A stretch of 64,000 nucleotides of DNA, from contig QPGO01000073.1 in NCBI GenBank assembly GCA_008632985.1, positions 186,001 through 250,000 on the forward strand, given 5' to 3'. Below, piece by piece: positions 57,271 through 64,000 of the stretch. Positions within the stretch are counted from its first letter, which is position 1. The number at the start of each line of letters is the position of its first letter. The translations under genes and the position numbers were made by a program. Below the pieces are notes generated by a model. It searched no databases, was not told the DNA's origin, and saw nothing but the letters and a program-made list of their open reading frames with translations. This DNA comes from Psammoneis japonica. Lineage: Eukaryota.

Positions 57271-59334
57271 TTAGACTTTTTCCTTGTACTCCTCTGTTAG
57301 TTCCATCACTTCGTCCAGTTTTTTCAACAAGTCGGCTCGATTCATCTCGCGAAGTTTAACCGGATCATGATCCATCCAGTACCTGTCAAAGTCGAAAATG
57401 CGAATGTACTCGCCTTTTACAATCATATTGCAACACGTATTCAAATCGAGTGGTCTGATGCCGTTTGCCGTGAAGATATCATAGGCTTGGACTAAAAAGT
57501 CACTGTAGTAGGAAAAGTTTGCCGACCATTCATTCCGGTGCTTATTCTCTTCACTTTCGTTCTCACCCTTTGGGATGATGTTTTCCATGACGAGAACGTG
57601 ACAATCGTCGTCTTTGTGGTACAATGCTGGGAAGAAGCGGGTGTCGTTTAGCACGTCAAATGCCAGTTTTTCGCGTTGGTATGTTGCGGGTAACATGTGT
57701 TTCACGACATTGTCACGGTTGATGCAAATTGTGGTTTCATTACGACGACTATGGCACTTACTTCCCTCAAAGTAGGAGTCCAGTTGGGACTGTCCACAGC
57801 CCTCACCCACGTGCTTCATCTGCCAATTGCGGGGATCTTCTTGTTTTTGCCGATGTTTCTCTGTGAAATCCTTCACTTCAACGAGAAGATCTTTAAAGTG
57901 GGCACGATTAATCTTGCGAACGGCGGCAGGCTTCCGATTCAACCAGTACCTATCAAAGTCGAATATACGTACGTAATCTCCTTTTACAACCATATTGCAA
58001 CAGGTGTTCAAATCTTTCGGCATGATGCCGTTTGCCGTGAATATTTCGTAAGCTTCTGTTAGAAAGCCACGGTAGAACGTAAAGTTTGCCGACCACTTGT
58101 TAATGGGGCTCATGCCCTTTGGGATAATGTTTTCCATGACAATCACGTGACAACTGTCGTCTCGGATGAACAGTTCTGGAAAGAACCGAGTATTGTTTAG
58201 CACTTTAAATGCCTCTGTTTCGTGTCTGTATGTTCCCGGTTGCATGCGTTTTACGACATAATCTGGATTGATGCATACCGTCGTTACATTATTGCTACGA
58301 GTTTCGCACTTGTTCCCTCGAAAGTACAAGTCCAGCTGTGACTGCTTGCATTCTCCATTGCTGGTCGAACGCATCAGTTGCGTAATATTGGCGGCGTTGT
58401 CGGGTTCCGCTACGCCTTTGTCGATGGAACCATTCTTCTTTGGCATGCTCTCGTCGGAAACTTCATTCACAGCAGCAGCAGGTGACACAGGATGTTGACA
58501 CGTGCTTTTTGGGCTTTCCTTTTGCCTGTGCTGCTCTGTCAAAACCTTGACCTTATCCAGTATTTTGTTCAAGTGGGCGAGATTGGTCTCGCGAATGGCA
58601 ACAGGATCCTGATTCAATTGGTACAGATCAAAGTCGAGTATCCGTATGTTCTCCCCTTTTACAATCATGTTACCGCATATGTTCAAATCATGCGGTTTTA
58701 CGCCGTTTGCCGTGAATATTTCATATGCATCACTTAAGAAGTCGCGGTAAAACGAGTAGTTGGCCGACCATTCATTCTTGTGTTTTATCCTTCCCTTTGG
58801 GATAACGTTTTCCATGACAATCACTTGGCAACTGTCATCTCGGTGGAACAACTTTGGAAAAATCTGGGGGTCATTTAGGACTTCGAATGCTCTTGTTTCG
58901 TTAACGAAACGTCTTTCCATTTCCATGTGTTTCACGACATAGCCAGGATTTATACATACCGTTGTGCCATCGCGACGTGTCTGGCACTTGTTCCCTTGAA
59001 AGTACAAGTCCAGCTGTGATTGCTTGCATTCTCCCTCGGTACTGGAACTCATCAGTTGCGTAATATTGGCGGGGGCATTGTACAACGGCTTCGACACGTT
59101 CACTTTCTGTTTTCGCATGCTTTTGTCGGCGGTTTCTTGCTGAACGGCGGTAAGCGAAAAAGAACGTTCTGCCTCAAGTGAATCAAACATTTTGTGAATC
59201 TTCCATTCATTCAATACCTTGCTGTCGGAGGATAGCTTCACCAAAAGGAGAGCAATGCCAAAAACAAGAGCGACCCCGCGTGTTCCTCGTCGTCGCGGCT
59301 CTTTGCCATTGACAAATTCACTAGCATCGGCCAT
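57271..59334 (-). CDS. Membrane-anchored protein with three tandem atypical kinase-like domains
   Basis: Three ~190-aa repeats, each with VVK, E (alphaC), FP.L, VMEN, P-x-DLN-x-C-x-N (catalytic loop-like) and IRI[LF]DFD (DFG-like). N-terminal anchor ALVFGIALLLV. Confidence 0.75.
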   Translation of the reverse strand: MADASEFVNGKEPRRRGTRGVALVFGIALLLVKLSSDSKVLNEWKIHKMFDSLEAERSFSLTAVQQETADKSMRKQKVNVSKPLYNAPANITQLMSSSTEGECKQSQLDLYFQGNKCQTRRDGTTVCINPGYVVKHMEMERRFVNETRAFEVLNDPQIFPKLFHRDDSCQVIVMENVIPKGRIKHKNEWSANYSFYRDFLSDAYEIFTANGVKPHDLNICGNMIVKGENIRILDFDLYQLNQDPVAIRETNLAHLNKILDKVKVLTEQHRQKESPKSTCQHPVSPAAAVNEVSDESMPKKNGSIDKGVAEPDNAANITQLMRSTSNGECKQSQLDLYFRGNKCETRSNNVTTVCINPDYVVKRMQPGTYRHETEAFKVLNNTRFFPELFIRDDSCHVIVMENIIPKGMSPINKWSANFTFYRGFLTEAYEIFTANGIMPKDLNTCCNMVVKGDYVRIFDFDRYWLNRKPAAVRKINRAHFKDLLVEVKDFTEKHRQKQEDPRNWQMKHVGEGCGQSQLDSYFEGSKCHSRRNETTICINRDNVVKHMLPATYQREKLAFDVLNDTRFFPALYHKDDDCHVLVMENIIPKGENESEENKHRNEWSANFSYYSDFLVQAYDIFTANGIRPLDLNTCCNMIVKGEYIRIFDFDRYWMDHDPVKLREMNRADLLKKLDEVMELTEEYKEKV

Positions 59335-59599
59335 GTCGTTCTCGCGCTGCCGTTATCTTTCATTACTGTCCCTGCAGTTTTCGTTGCTTGGGTATCAAAG
59401 ATGGTAAATAGAGCTTTCGATTGTTGTCATCAAAAATGTATGGCCAAATAAATGAGGTGCGGTGAGCAAAACAAAGGTTCTCGTTTCTCTGCAGCATCGA
59501 GGCAGTCATCGTAGGACAGATTCGCTAAAACTGCCCACTTCTTCGTGTCGTTAAGTAAAAATATCTGACTTCGTTATGCGGCTGATAACACCTCTGCTG

Positions 59600-62500
59600 C
59601 GTCTTGCTGCTCCTTCCCAGGCCTTCACAACCCCATCAAACGATGCAAACTCGACAAATGTCAACCACGCACATCGTCTACAAACCAACGGGATTAGCAG
59701 CAGCTTCCACACCAGAAATCAAATCTGTCCAACTTACCCCCGATGAGCCCTTGAATCTGCTGACCCCCAGAAAAACATTGCTGGCACACTTTTGTCGGGT
59801 GTGGCCACTTGCAGACCTCCCACCTGGGAGTGGGGTGTGGCACCCAATCCAGCCTAGAGGCCCTTCAAGCAGAGAAGAAATCAAAACTCAGAAAAACAGA
59901 TTCCTCCATCACACTCAGCACCCTGCTCACATCCGCCCAAAGTTTTTTTCTCTCTCTGTGCACTTGGCAAAGGTTTCAGACAACATCGCTGGCCACTCTT
60001 CAAGCAAATCCACTGTGCTTCTTCCAAATTGCACCTGGCCCACCACAGCCACCATTGCCATTTTCACAAACCATGCACAGGTGTCTTTTTTGTCAGCCCT
60101 CCCACATTGACCAAACTTGTTCACACTCCACCTGCGACCCCTCCAAAGCAAAAACTGCACATTGGCACACAAATGATGGAGCCCAAACTCAATCTGTCAG
60201 TCCAAGCAATCAGCCATTGCATGCAACCATTTGTGCAGCTTGCCTGTTGTGTCCTCTTCCTGACATTGTCCTGCACGTTGTTCCTCTTCCTGTTGAGTTT
60301 TTTCCTGCTGAGAGCGCTTCCTTGCATGCATCCCAGAGTGCCTCTGATGCCAGAGCCATGCTCATCAACTCCTGCACCACCATTTGCATGTGCTCTCCTC
60401 CTGCAGCAATTTTTTTGTTGAAGCAAGATTGTGAGCTTGCCATGTGGCCACACATTTGTTGACAACACCTTTGTCGGTGTGGCCCCAATCAGTGTTTTGG
60501 CTGACTGATGGAGCACAATCCATTGCATGACATCGCTCCACAGGAGTGACAACAGAGCTTGAGCTGCTCCTCAAAACCTGGAGTCAGCCAGCTCAACTCC
60601 CTGCATTTGTTCCTTTGTGCACTCAACAAGCCCGCAAGCACACCAGAGCTCATGGTCGCTGTGAAGCATGACGCCAAATGGGGCAACTCTGACTTGTTCA
60701 CAACTTGCCACTTGACACCACACTCCCACCATCTCACATTGTTGCTCCCACAAAAACCATTTCCTCCATCTGCTTTCCTGCTCCAACTGGTTGCACTGGT
60801 GTTCATTTGTGTTGTTTGCAAGTGATCTTTTCTGTTTTGCCATTGTGTTGGCTTCTCCCAGATTTGCTCAAACAGGTCTCTGTGCCAGTTTTGTGAGCGT
60901 GTTTTTAACTCAACATTTGAGTCATTCAAATCCTTCCAAAGCTTTGAAATGTGCTCCACTGTGATCAATCCAAACATGCAAGTGTGCATTTTGTCAAATT
61001 TTAATTTTGTGGCCTTCAAGATGAAGTTTTGTCAATGGCTGCCAGGTTGCTCATTCCTTCATCTTTTCTGACACCCTCCTGTCATCAGTCATCAACACAC
61101 CACAACAATCTCATTTGGCACAAAAAATGCAATGCCTCCATCTCCAACTGGCATGACTGTTGCCCAAAGAGAACAGTCACATCTTTGAAAATTTGTGTCC
61201 ATGCAGATTTGCCAACCCATTTGGCCACAAAACTGCACATTCTCTGTTCCCCCATCACAGATGGTTGAAGTTGGCACTGGGGGATTGATCTTTGCTTTGG
61301 GTGCACTCTTTTCAGTCAACCCCATTGTGCCAAAACTTTGTTCAGAAAGAAACAAAATTCTTGTGATGGAAGCACCAATCTTTTGTTGCTTCTGCAGATC
61401 AATGCCAAACACTGCCCAACTCATGACAAGAAGGATGATGAAGCTCAGTGCTGCATGTGCCCAACAGGTGGGAATGAGCACCTGACAAGCAATTGCAAAA
61501 TCACCACAACTGCCACCAAGATTTTGCACAACCACCAGCAACATGACCAAATTGATGCTCAATTTCTGGCATGTGACGGTGGCACAGGAAACGTGTTCAG
61601 GCAATTGTGACAGTTCATTGCACAAATGTCAATGTGACACCAGTGCCAACTTCAACCAGCTGTGATGGAAACAGAGAATGTGCAGTTTTGTGGCAAAGTG
61701 GGTTGGTGAATCTGCGTAGACATCAGAGAGCAAAAAATTTGGAGGAAAATCCAACTTGCTTGACACATGACCAGTCTTTCCCAAATGTGCATTTTGGGTG
61801 GACCAAAAATTGGCACTTTGGTTGAACCAAAACATTTTGGTTGACCAACTTGCAAACCAACCAAATCAACTTGGTGCGCCAATTTGATGTTTGTGAAATC
61901 TCGACCAAACTCATTTTGTGCACATTTTTTCTGCACAAACAAAATGCTGGTGCAGCTCAAGCAAAATTTGTGCAGTGTGTTGACATGCATGGTTGCTTTC
62001 CATTGGTGGAATGTTCCCTCTGAAGCACACCAAATTCTGCCAACCAAAATGATGTTTTCAAGAAACAAAATCATTTTGGTCATGAGCATCAATTTTGTCA
62101 ACAAATTGCACCAACCCAAGTGCCCATTTTGGTCAACCAAAATGCACACTCAGGAAATGCCATTGCAGAGTTTTGGATCCAGAAAAGCAGGGCACACTTC
62201 ATTCAGGACATGACATGAACACAAACAACATTGCACTCTCACTCATGCAGCCAAAAATTGTCAACTGCATGAATGGAGATGTTTTTCACGAGTGCAGATT
62301 TGTCAAAACAGCAACATGTCTTCAATCAAATGGAGAAATCACCTGACTGCAAATCAAACGCTCTTGATGGCAGGAATGAGACCTGGATCATTGGTGTCCC
62401 AGAGATGTGCAATCTTGGGCTTGCTCCAATCCATCTTCAAGAATTGGAAAAATCTGCTTCACTCCACAGTCATCTTGCAAAGTGTCCTGTGACCGCTGCC

Positions 62501-64000
62501 CCCAAAACCTGGAGCTCATCAAGTCATCAAGTTGCAGCTTTGTGGTTCTCTGTCTTGGACAACAGTTGACATTGTCCTGTTGCATCGCCCCATCATGTGT
62601 GCCCTGTTTGTGATCACATTGAACTTTGAGAAATGACACTCCAGCAAACACATTGCCACTCTGCTCCATTTGATTTCTGGATTTGATGTGCCCAACACCT
62701 TGACATCCATCCATCAAACAAAAAGTGGCTTCAATCTGACCTTGCTGCAGCAGCTGCTGCTTTTGCCACCAAAAGCAAATGTCAATGGGGAGCCACACTG
62801 AACCTGAAAGCAAGTCCTGTGCCAAATCAAAGGAAAATTAACCAAAAACAACACCTCATCACACCAGCCAAACTGATGACACATGAAGTTCAATGATGAA
62901 ACAAAGACATCAAATGCAATGCTGGGCAGTCTGAAGTCAAGACAATGGCTCTGGAAAAAATGCCAAGCTGTGTCCATTCGTGTGTCCTTTTGTTCAAACA
63001 AATGCGGAGCAAGATGCTTTTCTGCCAGAGCAATGCCTGCAACTCAACTCTGACAAAGATTGCAGCACAGACAAGAAAAGGTGACACCTGCTGTTGGATG
63101 CTTGCAGCTGGAGAGCCTCTCAAATTGTCCTTGAATTGGCTGAAGCAGCAGCCCCATGGATCTGGGATTCTTGCCACACCTCAAATGCGCTTGCACAAAT
63201 GGGGCCATTAGAATTTCAAACAAAACTCTTTTCAATCTCCAGCAAATGCCATTTTCAATCTGTTTTGCCTGGGAATCATGTTCCAGAGCAAATTTTTTGC
63301 TGTGGTGCAGGGTTGGGAATGATGTGAAGCCCACAGCATTTTGCAGAAAAATGCAAGCTGATGACTCGGTGACCATGACTCCAAACCAATGACTTTTTTG
63401 CAGAAAGCTGCAAGTTCTCACATTTTTCCCAAACACCAGAGCTCAGTGCAAAAATGGCGCAGTTCCAGAACATTTCCCTGGAGCAGCCCTGGTCTTTCTC
63501 AACTGCTCCTGCTGGCATTTGTGTGATGCACTCCAGCCCCGCCCAGGTGGGGCTCCATGTGACGTGGGCCTGCAGAGCTCCATTTGCAAGCTCCACAGCA
63601 AAGTTGTCAAGCAGCAAACGTGCAAACAATTGTCAACAGAAAAAGAGACAATTTTGCAAATGTGCCTCCTCTTTCACAGTTAAGCACATAATTTCAAGTT
63701 TGCCTGGGTGCACTCTTCAGACACCCAGCCTGGTTTTGCCGCCACCGATGTTGGCTGAGCACCCAATCATGTCAAACACTGCCATCAAATGATTGCTGAT
63801 GTCTTGTTGCCCATGCATTTGTTGTGTGCAAGCAACCCAGCAATTCAACAATGGAGCAATGGAGCTCAAATTGCAATCCATCCAATCATTGCAACAAATG
63901 AGTGACAAGTTGCCATGTCAGTGGAGTGTGTCATGCAGTTGCACAAGAGTGATTTCGATGACAATTGCAAGTGAGTGTCTCAAATTCATGGAGACATTTT
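59600..64000. repeat. TpA/CpG-depleted block G (degenerate elements; runs off the window)
   Basis: About a dozen TA in 4.4 kb, mostly TTAA/TTAG/CTAG. Contains inverted repeats. Confidence 0.7.
61786..62148. mobile_element. Degenerate TIR element relic
   Basis: TGTGCATTTTGGGTGGACCAAAAATTGGCACTTTGGTTGA resembles the reverse complement of the right end, TGTGCATTTTGGTTGACCAAAATGGGCACTTGGGTTGG. Repeated TTGGTTGACCAA/TTGGTCAACCAA motifs. Confidence 0.55.

Overview
Eukaryotic nuclear DNA, most likely a pennate diatom. This is inferred from short GT-AG introns, a CoDi-type Ty1/copia element, bipartite plastid targeting and diatom-typical gene families. About 14 host genes are present: beta-trefoil lectin, glycosyltransferases, a LicD+EEP fusion, a CHD chromatin remodeller, CreA-like, sideroflexin, sulfotransferase, NSE4, WD40, HA-domain, GT8, cystatin and a triple kinase-like protein. 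These alternate with sharply bounded repeat/pseudogene blocks covering roughly 40% of the window, in which the dinucleotide TpA has been almost erased, and in older blocks CpG too. The main finding is a repeat-targeted TpA->TpG/CpA (A:T->G:C) hypermutation with the opposite polarity to fungal RIP. It is directly visible in three places. First, 9 of 10 differences between the two 276-bp LTRs of one copia insertion are TA vs TG/CA. Second, conserved Tyr residues of its RT/RNaseH have become Cys/His. Third, the same signature appears in a Penelope-like RT relic and in two host-gene pseudogenes. Surviving TAs are mostly in a YTAR context. Two short TIR elements have escaped the process. Several single-base frameshifts in host genes look like assembly errors, so a read-level check of the TA signature is needed.
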